64,000 bases of DNA from an uncultured Clostridia bacterium (GCA_934178555.1 CAKPQL010000002.1:23419-87418); one strand, 5' to 3'. Numbered from the stretch's first letter, positions 20,751 to 32,442 are shown. Translations and numbers: made by a program. Notes: generated from the sequence alone by a model not told the origin.

Positions 20751-21920
20751 ATGAAGAAAAAACTGTATGTTATTATTACAGGAATTATTATATTTATTTG
20801 TTACTTTTCGGTAGAAAGTTTGGCAGAAGGAATTACTGAATTAAGAGAACAAAGAAAGTTAGTACAAGAACAAATTTCAGGTAACACAGTACAATTGGAC
20901 GCATTGCAGTTAGAAATATCAGATTTAATGGAACAGATACAAGCATTAAGTGATGACATTTATAAATATGAAGTAGAAGTAGCAGTTTTAGATAGGGAAA
21001 TTGCCGAATTAGATGCAAAAACTAATGAAGTAGAAGCACAACTAAAAGATGTAGAAAAAAAATACAACAGACAAAAACAAATATTAGCAGATAGAATAAT
21101 TGCTCAATATGAAGACGGCGATGTTGTATATTTGGATTTCCTGCTTAATTCAAAAGGTTTAATAGATTTTATATCAAATTATTATATAATAGGTGAAATT
21201 ATAGAGATTGATACTGAATTGATTAAAGACTATGAAAAACAAAAAACTCAAGTAGAACAAATAAAAACAGAACTGGATGAATATAAAGCAGAGTTAAAAA
21301 GCAGAAAAGACGAGCAAGAAAAGTCAGCAATTGTGCTTTCAAATGTGAAAGTAGTTAAAAATAATCAAATGAGCAGAATGACAGAACAAGAAAGAAAATT
21401 ACAAGAACAAATAGATGAATATCAAAAGCAGGTACAAGAAATAGAAATAGAATTATTAATGATATTAACACAAAATTTAGATAGTGACTATGTTGGAGGC
21501 GCATTAACATGGCCTGTTCCTGGGTATACAACAATAACTTCATATTATGGCATGAGGATTCATCCAATAACAGGTATATATAAATTACACACTGGTGTGG
21601 ATCTTGGAGCTCCTTTGGGTTCATATTTTGTTGCAGCAAATGATGGAACAGTTGTTACTTCAATGTATAGTGCTTCTTATGGAAACATGGTTGTAATAGA
21701 TCATGGAGGAGGACTTTCAACATTATATGCACATGGAAAAGAACGCTTAGTAGAAGTTGGAGATACAGTAAAAAGAGGACAACCTGTTATGACAGTGGGC
21801 TCAACTGGTATTTCAACTGGACCACATGCTCACTTTGAGGTTAGAGTTAATGGAAGATGGGTAGACCCATTAGATTATATATTAAAGAATAATAATACAA
21901 GCCAAACAGAGGAGGAATAA
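20751..21920 (+). CDS. M23 family metallopeptidase with N-terminal coiled coil (EnvC-like)
   Basis: Signal/TM, long coiled coil, then M23 motifs HTGVDLGAP ... GPHAHFEV. Confidence 0.85.
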   Translation: MKKKLYVIITGIIIFICYFSVESLAEGITELREQRKLVQEQISGNTVQLDALQLEISDLMEQIQALSDDIYKYEVEVAVLDREIAELDAKTNEVEAQLKDVEKKYNRQKQILADRIIAQYEDGDVVYLDFLLNSKGLIDFISNYYIIGEIIEIDTELIKDYEKQKTQVEQIKTELDEYKAELKSRKDEQEKSAIVLSNVKVVKNNQMSRMTEQERKLQEQIDEYQKQVQEIEIELLMILTQNLDSDYVGGALTWPVPGYTTITSYYGMRIHPITGIYKLHTGVDLGAPLGSYFVAANDGTVVTSMYSASYGNMVVIDHGGGLSTLYAHGKERLVEVGDTVKRGQPVMTVGSTGISTGPHAHFEVRVNGRWVDPLDYILKNNNTSQTEEE

Positions 21921-21924
21921 TAAA

Positions 21925-23043
21925 ATGAGTAAATTAAAACATGTAGGTATTTGTATAATATTAGTAGCAATAATGTTCTTAACAAATATTATGGGAACTT
22001 GTTCTGTGGCAGCAGAAAGTTTAAGTTCATTAAATAATCAAAAAAATAATTTACAATCGCAAATAGATGATGCTGAAAAAGAGTTAAAATCATTACAATC
22101 ACAAATGGATGAAGCAGAAAAACAAGTTAGTAAACTTAGTACACAAATTACAAAATGTCAATTAGAAATTGATACTTTGCAGGTACAAATTAGTGACAAT
22201 GAAGCAAAATTAAAACAAGCAGAAGCTGATTATGAAAAAAGAAGTAATTTATTAGCAGAAAGAATTATTGCACAATATGAAGCTGGAGAAACAACCTATT
22301 TGGATTTCTTGCTTAGTTCAGAAAGTTTAACAGATTTTATATCTAACTATTATTTGGTTGGAGAAATTGCACAGATGGATGTAGAATTATTAAACCAAAT
22401 AGAAAATACAAAAGAAGAGATAGAACAAACAAAACAACAATTAGAGCAGGATAAAGCGAATATGCAAACACAGATGGATAGCTTACAAAGTGCAAAAGCA
22501 GAAAGACAAACATATATTAATCAATTGTCTGATGATAAAAAAGATATACAAGCAAAAAGAGAACAATATGATAAAGAACTAGAGGATGTAAAAGAACAAA
22601 TCAAAAAATTGTCACGAGGTAATAATTCTACATATGTAGGAGGAGGAACTATGGCATGGCCGGTTCCAGGATATTATTTAAGTTCACTACCTGGAAATTT
22701 GTTTGGATATAGGATACATCCAATATATGGAGATTTGAGATTACATACAGGTGTTGATATTGCTGCTCCAATAGGTGCAAAATTTGTAGCTGCAGAGTCT
22801 GGAACGGTTATATTAGCAAAAAGTTATTGGGGATACGGAAACACTGTAATAATAGACCATGGAGGAGGAATAACAACATTATATGGACATGGTACATCTA
22901 TTTTAGTTTCTGCAGGGCAATATGTAACAAAGGGAACACCTGTATTAACAGTTGGTTCAACTGGTAATTCAACAGGACCACATGCTCATTTTGAAGTAAG
23001 GAAAAATGGAGTGCCAGTAGATCCATTACCATACATAACCTAA
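21925..23043 (+). CDS. M23 family metallopeptidase with coiled coil (paralog of preceding gene)
   Basis: Same architecture. Shared blocks RIIAQYE.GE..YLDFLL and HTGVDIAAP ... GPHAHFEV. Confidence 0.85.
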   Translation: MSKLKHVGICIILVAIMFLTNIMGTCSVAAESLSSLNNQKNNLQSQIDDAEKELKSLQSQMDEAEKQVSKLSTQITKCQLEIDTLQVQISDNEAKLKQAEADYEKRSNLLAERIIAQYEAGETTYLDFLLSSESLTDFISNYYLVGEIAQMDVELLNQIENTKEEIEQTKQQLEQDKANMQTQMDSLQSAKAERQTYINQLSDDKKDIQAKREQYDKELEDVKEQIKKLSRGNNSTYVGGGTMAWPVPGYYLSSLPGNLFGYRIHPIYGDLRLHTGVDIAAPIGAKFVAAESGTVILAKSYWGYGNTVIIDHGGGITTLYGHGTSILVSAGQYVTKGTPVLTVGSTGNSTGPHAHFEVRKNGVPVDPLPYIT

Positions 23044-23209
23044 AATTAAATATTTAAAGGATACGCTGTAGTGTATCCTTTAATGTTATATAATAAAAAA
23101 ATTAAGTTTTTATGAAGTCAAGGTTTTTCTAAAAATTCCAAAAAATACTACTATTAATTGGATTTTTGTAGTATAATATAAAAGTGATTTTAGAAGGGAT
23201 GATGATTTT

Positions 23210-24403
23210 ATGCATTCAAATAATAAAAAAAATATATATAGAATTATAATGTTGATAATAATAACAGTTTTTGTAACAATGTTATTTACTATTGTTGGAT
23301 TTACAAATTATTTAAAGAAAGATGGTAATATAAAATATATAATTAGTTCAGTAGAGGCAGATAATTTAGAAACAGAAATATTAAAAATCAGGGCTGTAAT
23401 TGATGAATATTATTTAAAGGATATAGATGAACAAAAACTTATAGATGGCGCTATAAAAGGATATGTGGAAGCACTTGGCGATAAATATACAGAGTATCTA
23501 GTGGGTGAAGAATGGAACGAAATGAAAACAAATACATTGGGTCATTATGTTGGAATTGGAATTTATATTACAAGTGATACAGAAAATAATCAAATAGTAG
23601 TTATAGCACCAATGGATGGCTCTCCTTCTCAAGAAGCAGGTATTATGGCTGGCGATATAATATTAAAAATAGATGATGTTGAATATACTGGAGAACAAAT
23701 AGATACAGCTGCGGAAGTTATGAAGGGAGAAGAGGGAACTACTGTTAAGTTGGAAATAAAGAGAGGAGAAGAAATATTAACAGTAGAGGTAGAAAGAAAA
23801 GAAATAAGAATGAATAAGGTAACTTCTAAAATATTAGAAGAAAATGTTGGATATATTCGTATACCTAGCTTTGATGAAGGAACAGCAGATGAATTTAAGG
23901 AAAATGTTAAAAATTTAATGAATAGTGGTGCAACTAAATTTATTATAGATGTTAGAGATAATACAGGAGGAATAGTTTCAGAAGCTTTAGAAATAGCTGA
24001 GTATATAATGCCTAAAGATAAAACATTGATGATAACAATTAATAAAAATGAAAAAAGAGAAGAAACAAAATCAAAAGGAAAAAATATACTTGATGGAGAT
24101 TTAGTAGTATTAATTAATGGAAATTCAGCAAGCTCAACAGAAATTTTGGCAGCTGCTATAAAAGATAATAACAGGGGAAAATTAATAGGAACAAAAACTT
24201 ATGGAAAAGGTGTTATGCAACAGATATTGCAATTACCAGAAGGAAATGCTTTAAAGATTACTACAGAAGAATTTGTAACACCAAACGGAAATAAAATAGA
24301 TGGAATAGGAATTGAACCAGATGAAGTTGTTAAATTAACGACAGATCAAGAAGGAAATATAATAGATACGCAATTGCAAAGAGCTTTAGAAATATTGAAA
24401 TAA
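23210..24403 (+). CDS. ctpA: S41 carboxy-terminal processing peptidase
   Basis: TM, a PDZ region (GIMAGDIILKID) and the S41 core (GNSASSTEILAAAIKDN..GKLIGTKTYGKG). Confidence 0.85.
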   Translation: MHSNNKKNIYRIIMLIIITVFVTMLFTIVGFTNYLKKDGNIKYIISSVEADNLETEILKIRAVIDEYYLKDIDEQKLIDGAIKGYVEALGDKYTEYLVGEEWNEMKTNTLGHYVGIGIYITSDTENNQIVVIAPMDGSPSQEAGIMAGDIILKIDDVEYTGEQIDTAAEVMKGEEGTTVKLEIKRGEEILTVEVERKEIRMNKVTSKILEENVGYIRIPSFDEGTADEFKENVKNLMNSGATKFIIDVRDNTGGIVSEALEIAEYIMPKDKTLMITINKNEKREETKSKGKNILDGDLVVLINGNSASSTEILAAAIKDNNRGKLIGTKTYGKGVMQQILQLPEGNALKITTEEFVTPNGNKIDGIGIEPDEVVKLTTDQEGNIIDTQLQRALEILK

Positions 24404-24656
24404 TTGATTATTCATAAAAATTACAAAGAGAAATTAAAAGTAATTTGCAATTGAAATTTGTTAATAAATTTTGGCAGGAAATCTTAAAAATTTGTATTTT
24501 TGAGTACTACCAAAATTTATTTTACAATTTTTATAAAAATTTATTAAACGACTAGATTTAAAATTTTATGAAGAAACTAACTAGAATTACATAAAACTTT
24601 ACAAATAGAATAATTTAATATATAATATACAAATATTGAGAAAAGGAGTAAATACT

Positions 24657-26144
24657 ATGGAAAATAATGAAAATGTAGAAGAATTAGATTTAAATCAATT
24701 GATGAAAGTAAGGAAAGAAAAGTTAGAAGAATTACAAAAAAATGGTAAAGATCCATTTGAAATAACCAAATATAATAGAACACATGAAAGCCAAGAAATA
24801 AGAGATAATTATGATGAATTAGAAGGAAAAGATGTAAGTATTGCTGGAAGGATAATGGCAAAAAGAATAATGGGTAAAGCATCATTTTGTACAATTCAAG
24901 ATAATACAGGTAAGATGCAAAGTTATGTAAGTATAAATGATTTAGGTGAGGAAAGTTATAAACAATTTAAAACATATGATATAGGAGATATTATAGGAAT
25001 TACAGGATTTGTATTTAAAACAAGAACAGAAGAAATATCTGTACATGCTAAAGAAGTAACATTACTTACAAAATCTTTAAGACCATTACCAGAAAAGTTT
25101 CACGGTTTAAAAGATACAGAATTAAGATATAGACAAAGATATGTTGATTTAATAGTGAATCCAGAAGTAAAAAATACTTTTGTATTAAGAAGTAAAATAA
25201 TTAAAGAAGTAAGAAAATATTTAGATAATAAGGGATATTTAGAAGTAGATACACCTATATTAAATACAATAGCAGGTGGAGCTGCTGCAAGACCATTTAT
25301 TACACACCATAACACATTAGATATTGATATGTATTTAAGAATTGCAAACGAATTATATTTAAAAAGATTAATTGTTGGTGGATTTGACAAGGTATATGAA
25401 ATGGGAAGAATGTTTAGAAATGAAGGAATGGATATCAAACACAATCCAGAGTTTACTAATATTGAATTATATGCATCATATCAAGATTATCATGACATGA
25501 TGGATTTAACTGAAGATTTAATAAGAACTGTTGCAAACAATGTATTAGGAAAAGCAAAAATAACATATCAAGAAACTGAAATTGATTTAGAAACAAAATG
25601 GAAAAGAATAACAATGATAGATGCAATAAAAGAGGTAACAGGAATTGATTTTAATGCAATACAAAATGATGAAGAAGCAACATTAGTAGCGAAAAAATTA
25701 GGAATAGAAGTAGATGGAATATTACCAAGAGGAAATATAATAAACTTAGTATTTGAAGAAAAAGTTGAAGAAACTTTAATTCAACCAACATTTATATATG
25801 ATTATCCAATAGAGGTATCACCATTAACTAAAAAGAAGAAAGAAGATCCAAGATTAACAGAAAGATTTGAAGTATTTATTGGCGGTAGAGAATATGGAAA
25901 CGCATATTCTGAATTAAATGATCCTATAGATCAATATGAAAGATTTAAAAAACAGGTAGAAGCAAGAGAAGCCGGAGATGAAGAAGCAAATATGATGGAT
26001 GAAGATTTCATAAATGCACTAGAATACGGAATGCCACCAACAGGAGGATTAGGAATAGGTATAGACAGATTAATAATGTTATTAACAGATTCTGCATCAA
26101 TAAGAGATGTATTATTATTCCCAACAATGAAACCTTTAGTATAA
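24657..26144 (+). CDS. lysS: lysine--tRNA ligase (class II)
   Basis: OB-fold N-terminus and class II motifs ([21 protein letters not shown]). Start at MENNEN after AAGGAG. Confidence 0.95.
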   Translation: MENNENVEELDLNQLMKVRKEKLEELQKNGKDPFEITKYNRTHESQEIRDNYDELEGKDVSIAGRIMAKRIMGKASFCTIQDNTGKMQSYVSINDLGEESYKQFKTYDIGDIIGITGFVFKTRTEEISVHAKEVTLLTKSLRPLPEKFHGLKDTELRYRQRYVDLIVNPEVKNTFVLRSKIIKEVRKYLDNKGYLEVDTPILNTIAGGAAARPFITHHNTLDIDMYLRIANELYLKRLIVGGFDKVYEMGRMFRNEGMDIKHNPEFTNIELYASYQDYHDMMDLTEDLIRTVANNVLGKAKITYQETEIDLETKWKRITMIDAIKEVTGIDFNAIQNDEEATLVAKKLGIEVDGILPRGNIINLVFEEKVEETLIQPTFIYDYPIEVSPLTKKKKEDPRLTERFEVFIGGREYGNAYSELNDPIDQYERFKKQVEAREAGDEEANMMDEDFINALEYGMPPTGGLGIGIDRLIMLLTDSASIRDVLLFPTMKPLV

Positions 26145-26178
26145 AACAAAAGATTAAATTATGAAAGGTAGGAATAAA

Positions 26179-26931
26179 ATGTTTGGATATGGAATAGACA
26201 AAAAAACATTATATATATTACTAGCAATATTAGCAGTATTTACTATTGCAAGCCTAGGAGCAAATGGAATTTTAGATTTATTATTATCAATTCCAGCTGT
26301 GTTAATAGCACTTACATTTCATGAATTTGCGCATGCATATGCTGCAGATAAATTAGGTGATGATACTCCAAGAATGCAAGGAAGATTGAATTTGAATCCG
26401 TTCAGCCATGTAGACTGGTTTGGAATGATAATGTTAATTATTGCTGGTTTTGGATGGGGAAAACCAGTTCAAATAAATAGAAGAAACTTTTCAAATAGCA
26501 AAATTTCAACTTCAGCTGCAGAAGCAATTGTTGCAATTGCCGGACCCATAATGAATTTTATAATAGCATTTATCTTTACAATAATAATGTTTGTTTTACT
26601 AGTATTTGCACAAAGTGTATTAGCGGCATTAAATGGTTCAATATATGTAATATTTTTAAATATTATACTTGTTAATATAAGTTTAGGTTTGTTTAATTTA
26701 ATACCAGTTCCACCATTAGATGGATCAAAAGTATTAATACACTTTTTACCATATAATGCAAAGCAATGGTTTGAAAATAATCAATACACATTTTATATAG
26801 TATTGTTGTTGTTAGTATTTATAAGGATAAATGGAGTTTCACTAATTTCACATATACTAACTCCAGCTATATCTGGAATATTTAATGGAATGAGTTGGGT
26901 AGTAACTTCAATAATAAATTTATTTATATAA
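26179..26931 (+). CDS. site-2 protease (M50) family membrane metalloprotease
   Basis: HEFAHA zinc motif and NLIPVPPLDGSKV motif in a polytopic membrane protein. Alternative start at 26161. Confidence 0.78.
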   Translation: MFGYGIDKKTLYILLAILAVFTIASLGANGILDLLLSIPAVLIALTFHEFAHAYAADKLGDDTPRMQGRLNLNPFSHVDWFGMIMLIIAGFGWGKPVQINRRNFSNSKISTSAAEAIVAIAGPIMNFIIAFIFTIIMFVLLVFAQSVLAALNGSIYVIFLNIILVNISLGLFNLIPVPPLDGSKVLIHFLPYNAKQWFENNQYTFYIVLLLLVFIRINGVSLISHILTPAISGIFNGMSWVVTSIINLFI

Positions 26932-26989
26932 ATGTGTATGGAACATATAGAGATTTTGTTCCAAATAAAAAATCAAAAAGGAAAAATAT

Positions 26990-27976
26990 ATGAAAGATAT
27001 AATTGTATTAGGAATTGAAACAAGCTGTGATGAAACCTCTGTATCTATCGTGAAAAATGGTAGAGAGGTTATTTCTAATGTAGTGAATTCGCAAATAAAA
27101 ATACATGAAAATTATGGTGGTGTAGTTCCAGAAATTGCATCAAGATGTCACATAGAAGTTATAAATCAAGTAACAAAAGAAGCATTAAAGCAAGCTAATA
27201 TGACATTTAAAGATATAGATGTAGTAAGCTGTACCTATGGACCAGGTCTAGTGGGGGCGTTATTAGTTGGAGTATCCTATGCAAAAGCCTTAAGTTTTGC
27301 ATTAAATAAGCCACTAGTAGGAGTAAACCATATAGAAGGACATATTGCGGCAAATTATATTACTCATAAGGAATTAGAACCTCCATTTTTATGTTTAGTA
27401 ATTTCTGGAGGACATACACATTTGGTAAACATAAAAGATTATACAAAATTTGAAATATTGGGAAAAACAAGAGATGATGCAATAGGAGAAGCTTTTGATA
27501 AGGTTGCAAGAGTTGTAGGATTGGGATATCCGGGTGGACCTAAAGTAGACAAGCTAGCAAAAGAAGGAACACCTAATATAGATTTACCAAAAACACATTT
27601 TGACAATTTGGATTTTAGCTTTAGTGGAATAAAAACAGCTGTATTAAATTTAAATCATAAAAACCCAAATATAAATAAAGCTGATTTGTGTGCAAGCTTT
27701 GAAAAAACAGTAACAGAAGTTTTGCTAACGAATTCATTAAAAGCTATGAGAAAATTAAATGTAAATAAAATTGCATTGGCAGGAGGAGTATCTTCTAATA
27801 GTTATATCAGAGAGACTTTTAAAGCTGTTAAAGATATAACTGTATATTATCCAGAGATTAATTTGTGTACGGATAATGCAGCAATGATTGCATCTGCGGG
27901 ATATTATAATTTTATTAATGGAAAAATATCAGATTTAACATTAAATGCAATACCTAATCTAAAAATAGGAGAATAA
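26990..27976 (+). CDS. tsaD: tRNA N6-adenosine threonylcarbamoyltransferase TsaD
   Basis: [24 protein letters not shown] and CTDNAAMIA motifs. Confidence 0.92.
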   Translation: MKDIIVLGIETSCDETSVSIVKNGREVISNVVNSQIKIHENYGGVVPEIASRCHIEVINQVTKEALKQANMTFKDIDVVSCTYGPGLVGALLVGVSYAKALSFALNKPLVGVNHIEGHIAANYITHKELEPPFLCLVISGGHTHLVNIKDYTKFEILGKTRDDAIGEAFDKVARVVGLGYPGGPKVDKLAKEGTPNIDLPKTHFDNLDFSFSGIKTAVLNLNHKNPNINKADLCASFEKTVTEVLLTNSLKAMRKLNVNKIALAGGVSSNSYIRETFKAVKDITVYYPEINLCTDNAAMIASAGYYNFINGKISDLTLNAIPNLKIGE

Positions 27977-27989
27977 AAGAGGTGAAACG

Positions 27990-28688
27990 ATGTCAATATA
28001 TGCAATAGCAGACTTGCATTTATCGTTTGGAACCAATAAACCAATGGATATATTTGGAGAAAATTGGGGTAGGCATTGGGAAAAAATAAGAGAAGATTGG
28101 TTACAAAAAGTAAAAGAACAAGACTTGGTTCTGCTACCAGGGGATTTTTCGTGGGCTACATATTTAAAAGATACGTATGATGATTTTAAATATTTAAGTG
28201 AATTACCAGGAAAAAAGATATTACTAAAGGGAAATCATGATTATTGGTGGACAACACTAAAATCAATGAGAGAATATATAAAAGAAAATAATTTTAAAGA
28301 TATAGATTTTTTGTGCAATAATAGCTATTTATATGAAGACTACATAATTGCTGGGACAAGAGGTTGGCAATGGAATGACTCTGAGGAAGATTATAAATTG
28401 CTAAGAAGAGAATTATTAAGATTAGAGATGTCTCTAAAGGATGGTGTGGAAAAATTTGGTACAAATAAAAAAATAATAGTGTGCACACATTATCCTCCAT
28501 TTAATACTACTAAAAATGCAGAATTGAATTACATAAATTTGATGAAACAATATAATGTAGAAAAATGCTTATATGGACATTTACATAGTAATGCACATAA
28601 GGAGGCTATTCAAGGAATTATAGATGGAATAGACTTTAAATTAGTAAGTTGTGATTATACAAATTTTAAATTAGAAAAAATATATTAA
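27990..28688 (+). CDS. metallophosphoesterase family protein
   Basis: DLH...GD...GNHD...H.P... calcineurin-like motif series. Confidence 0.75.
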   Translation: MSIYAIADLHLSFGTNKPMDIFGENWGRHWEKIREDWLQKVKEQDLVLLPGDFSWATYLKDTYDDFKYLSELPGKKILLKGNHDYWWTTLKSMREYIKENNFKDIDFLCNNSYLYEDYIIAGTRGWQWNDSEEDYKLLRRELLRLEMSLKDGVEKFGTNKKIIVCTHYPPFNTTKNAELNYINLMKQYNVEKCLYGHLHSNAHKEAIQGIIDGIDFKLVSCDYTNFKLEKIY

Positions 28689-28835
28689 AATAGTGACAAT
28701 AAACTATATATTTGGTATAATTAAATCTAATAGGAAAATAACATAAAGAATAATAATGAATATAATAAAAGTGTATAAGCAAAGGCATTTTTTGCATATT
28801 AGAAATGCAAGAAATCAAGATAGGAGCAAAAAACA

Positions 28836-29819
28836 ATGGATAAAAAGAAAATAATTACAATTATTTCAATAGTTTTAACAATACTTATTATTGCTGCAGC
28901 TGCAGTATTGATAATAAATAAAAATAATAAAACTACTAAAACAGTTATAGCAGAAAATAGTATGTTAGATAACCAAATTGAAGAAACTACTGAGCCTACA
29001 GAATTACCAACACCAATAGAAGAAACTCCAAGTCCAGTACCTACAAGCACTCCAGTACCATCTGCACAAAAAAATAAATATTATATAAAAGTAAATAATC
29101 AAATGAATACAGTAACAGTTTATACAAAAAATGAAAAAGGAGAATATACAGTGCCTGTAAAAGCAATGGTATGTTCAACAGGTTATGCATCTCCAAAAAA
29201 CTCAAAATATCAAACTAAAGGTAAATGGACATGGGGAAAAATGTTTGGCGGAGTATATACACAATATGAAACACTCATAACTGGAAATATATTATTTCAT
29301 TCAGTGCCATATTTGAAACAATATGATCATGGTTCGCTAGAATATTGGGCATATGATCAATTAGGTACTACATGCTCAGCAGGGTGCATTAGACTTACAG
29401 TTGCTGACTCAAAATGGATATATGATAATTGTGCTATAGGGACAACAGTTGAGTTTTATTCTAGTTCAAATCCTGGACCACTTGGAAAGCCTAGTGCAAT
29501 GAAAATATCAAGTTATACAAAATATAGAGGTTGGGATCCAACAGATCCAAATCCAAATAATCCTTGGAGAAATGCAGTAATAGAGACACCAACACCAGAA
29601 CCAACACCAATTACTCCAGAAACACCTACAATACCTAGCGAAGAGCCAACTAAAACACCAGAACCAACACCAGTTGTAACACCAAGTTCAGAAATTATTG
29701 CAACACCAACAATAAAACCAACAGAAACGCCGGCAAGTACTCCTACACCAGCTGCTACCGCAATGCCACCTACTGTTGAAACACCTACAGTACCAACAGT
29801 AACACCAACAAGTATATAA
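28836..29819 (+). CDS. L,D-transpeptidase (YkuD domain) with Pro/Thr-rich linkers
   Basis: N-terminal TM, then the YkuD catalytic motif HSVPY ... SAGCIRL. TP-rich low-complexity N- and C-terminal segments. Confidence 0.8.
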   Translation: MDKKKIITIISIVLTILIIAAAAVLIINKNNKTTKTVIAENSMLDNQIEETTEPTELPTPIEETPSPVPTSTPVPSAQKNKYYIKVNNQMNTVTVYTKNEKGEYTVPVKAMVCSTGYASPKNSKYQTKGKWTWGKMFGGVYTQYETLITGNILFHSVPYLKQYDHGSLEYWAYDQLGTTCSAGCIRLTVADSKWIYDNCAIGTTVEFYSSSNPGPLGKPSAMKISSYTKYRGWDPTDPNPNNPWRNAVIETPTPEPTPITPETPTIPSEEPTKTPEPTPVVTPSSEIIATPTIKPTETPASTPTPAATAMPPTVETPTVPTVTPTSI

Positions 29820-29924
29820 AAACATATTAATATATTTATTGTAAATAACGTAGTGGTCGATGTTCTCAACGATTAAATTTGCACAACGTGCTCTAACAAA
29901 TAAAAAACAAAGGAGAAACAAATT

Positions 29925-30002
<78 letters not shown>

Positions 30003-30034
30003 ACTAGTAAACAAAAATAAAGAAAAACATAGAT

Positions 30035-30087
30035 AACACAATATTCTATGTGTATTTTTAATATGCATAAAATATTGTGTTTTTTTA
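30035..30087 (+). terminator. hairpin plus T7 tract between leader ORF and the 673-aa gene
   Basis: aacacaatatt (30035-45) pairs with aatattgtgtt (30071-81), and tatg pairs with cata inside. TTTTTT(T) follows at 30081-87. Confidence 0.6.
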
Positions 30088-30105
30088 ATATCACAAAATA
30101 TCACA
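30087..30105 (+). promoter_or_regulatory. tandem 9-bp direct repeat AATATCACA x2 (10-bp phasing)
   Basis: Copies at 30087-30095 and 30097-30105, upstream of a weak TTGCAA-17-AAATAT promoter candidate (30129-30157). Confidence 0.4.
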
Positions 30106-30216
30106 TTGCAACATACAAAACAAAAAAATTGCAAAAAACCTTAAACGCGGCAAATATGAAAATGACAAGGGGGCGGCGTCCTCAACGACCCACAAATAAA
30201 ACAAAGGAGAAAACTA

Positions 30217-32238
30217 ATGAATATACAACCTAAAAATTTCAAGATAAAATCAATAATAACAATAACTATAGCAATAATATTGTTACTATTATTAATATTT
30301 TCGGAAGATATAATTAAAATGCAAAATAAAAACAAAATAGGATTATCCGAGAGTTCGTCATTTGAAACAATACCCAATGAGCCTAATATACCTAGAATTT
30401 CAGCAGGAATGATACCAATTAAATGGAATGGAAACTATTGGATAATAACAACACAAGATGATAAAGAGTGGTATGATTATTCTACTGGAAAACTTGCTTA
30501 TATGATGCTAAATGATGGAACATATCAAAGTGAATTATTACGAGATATGGAAGATAAAAAATTAGCAGAAGATAATATAGGAGTTCCAATAGGAGAAAGT
30601 CAACTTGGAACAATATTTGCGTGGTTACCAAGATATGCATATAAAGAGAGTGGAGAAATAAAATATGCTCCAAGTGAAATGCAACCAGGTGGCGAATGGC
30701 TTGTGCCACAAATGTTTGTATATAGTGTAACAGATGAAACCAAACCAGACTTTTCATTAGGAGGAGTATGGATACAGAAAAATGATGATATAGAATATGC
30801 AAATAAATTAACGGAAATGAAAAAAGAAGAAGGAAGATATGGATTTTTAGCAAATACAAAAGCTATGAAGATAATATCAGAAGAGGCAACAACAATTCAG
30901 AAATATATTGTAGATGAAGGCGTCCCAGAAGACCAGTTTGCTGACCTTACAAGCACTAGTAGAATAATATTAAAAATAGTAGATACAACAAAATATGAAC
31001 CAATAAAAGCAAATGTACAGTATAATGCTATAGATTCAAAAATAGAAATAAGAGTAACATATAGTAAGAATGGAATAAATAAAATATTAGATGAATATGG
31101 AAATGAAATGACTTATACAGAAAAAGATGGAATGATATTGGCCGATACAGGGGATAAAGGATTGGCAAAAGGAACATACTATTTTACAATAATAGATAAC
31201 GAAGAAAATAAAAAAGAATTAAATATAGATGTAATAGTGGACAGCTTATTTAAAATAGCATATATAAATGGAATAGATAATATGAATATAGATAAAACAT
31301 ATGCAAAAACACAAGAAACAAAAACAACAGCAGAAAACACCTTATTAAATCAAATAACAGCAATAGATACTTCTACAACATATAGTAGAGCCATCAAAGA
31401 TGGTAATAATGCAATAACAGCAATTGGAGAAGAAACACGTGGTAGTGAAGATGAGCAAATATACTTGTATGGAAAATATAAGGTAAATGAAAAAAATACT
31501 TATTCATTAAGTAAGTCAACAACGAATACTACTAGAATGTTTAGATGGAGCGGAGAAAATCAAAATTATGGTTGGAAATCGTATTCGTTTGATAGTTCAA
31601 GTGGAAAAGTAACTTTTTCTAATTGGAGTAGTCCAACAACAGCTTCTACTTCAATAACCTTATATTCTGTTTCTGGATTGTCGACAAGAAAGAGCGCTAC
31701 AACGAATTCAACAATTAGTTCTTTTTATCAGTATGATAATCAGGGAACGGAACATATAGTGAACACGGTATATTGTAAATATAATGTATATACATGGAAT
31801 ATTAATAAAAAGACTACATATTCACGAGGAAATTTTATAGAATATATATCTGGTACTATAGATCAATATCCAAATAATGATCGTTCTGGTTCATACTGGT
31901 ATGTTAGAAATAATCTTATGAAAAAATACAAACTATACAAATATGATGAAAACTTAAACTTAAAAAGTACATATAATGTAGATACAAAAGAGATAACAAC
32001 AATACCAATAGATATTTCTTACAAAGGAAATAATAAAGTAAAACTTACATTAACTACATCTGGCTCAACATATAAAACATACATATCAAATGATAATTCA
32101 ACATGGCAAGAAATAACAGATATAACGTCTGGAATACCAAAAGAATTAAATGTAGATGGATGGGATAAACTATACATAAAAATAGAAACAAATACAAGTA
32201 GAATAGATAATATAGATGTGACATATTATAAAGATTAA
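30217..32238 (+). CDS. large secreted/membrane-anchored hypothetical protein (673 aa)
   Basis: AAAGGAG RBS and an N-terminal TM anchor. Ser/Thr/Asn/Tyr-rich beta-type sequence with no recognised domain. Confidence 0.6.
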   Translation: MNIQPKNFKIKSIITITIAIILLLLLIFSEDIIKMQNKNKIGLSESSSFETIPNEPNIPRISAGMIPIKWNGNYWIITTQDDKEWYDYSTGKLAYMMLNDGTYQSELLRDMEDKKLAEDNIGVPIGESQLGTIFAWLPRYAYKESGEIKYAPSEMQPGGEWLVPQMFVYSVTDETKPDFSLGGVWIQKNDDIEYANKLTEMKKEEGRYGFLANTKAMKIISEEATTIQKYIVDEGVPEDQFADLTSTSRIILKIVDTTKYEPIKANVQYNAIDSKIEIRVTYSKNGINKILDEYGNEMTYTEKDGMILADTGDKGLAKGTYYFTIIDNEENKKELNIDVIVDSLFKIAYINGIDNMNIDKTYAKTQETKTTAENTLLNQITAIDTSTTYSRAIKDGNNAITAIGEETRGSEDEQIYLYGKYKVNEKNTYSLSKSTTNTTRMFRWSGENQNYGWKSYSFDSSSGKVTFSNWSSPTTASTSITLYSVSGLSTRKSATTNSTISSFYQYDNQGTEHIVNTVYCKYNVYTWNINKKTTYSRGNFIEYISGTIDQYPNNDRSGSYWYVRNNLMKKYKLYKYDENLNLKSTYNVDTKEITTIPIDISYKGNNKVKLTLTTSGSTYKTYISNDNSTWQEITDITSGIPKELNVDGWDKLYIKIETNTSRIDNIDVTYYKD

Positions 32239-32379
32239 TAAAAAATCTAAATATATTTCTATTGAATGCAGGTAGAACTCATTAAAGTTAAAAATAGGGT
32301 ATAATTAAAATATTAATTCTAATTATACTCTCTTTTTGTGCATTTTTCCTAATGCATAAAAATATTTTAGCAAAAGGTA

Positions 32380-32408
32380 TTGACAATTGCTAAAAATGGA
32401 TATAATAT
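32380..32408 (+). promoter_or_regulatory. sigma-A promoter of the hrcA operon
   Basis: TTGACA (32380-85) with TATAAT/TAATAT at 32401-08. Confidence 0.65.
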
Positions 32409-32415
32409 ATATACG

Positions 32416-32442
32416 TTAGCAATCCAAAAACACAAGTGCTAA
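32416..32442 (+). promoter_or_regulatory. CIRCE operator (HrcA binding site)
   Basis: TTAGCAATC-N9-AAGTGCTAA matches the CIRCE consensus TTAGCACTC-N9-GAGTGCTAA. Lies directly upstream of hrcA. Confidence 0.85.

Noticed and set aside
24404-24656. Possible T-box or other leader upstream of lysS
   Set aside because: I found only an AT-rich hairpin (aaattttggcag/ctaccaaaattt), probably the ctpA terminator. No specifier loop or T-box (AGGGUGGNACCGCG-like) sequence is present.
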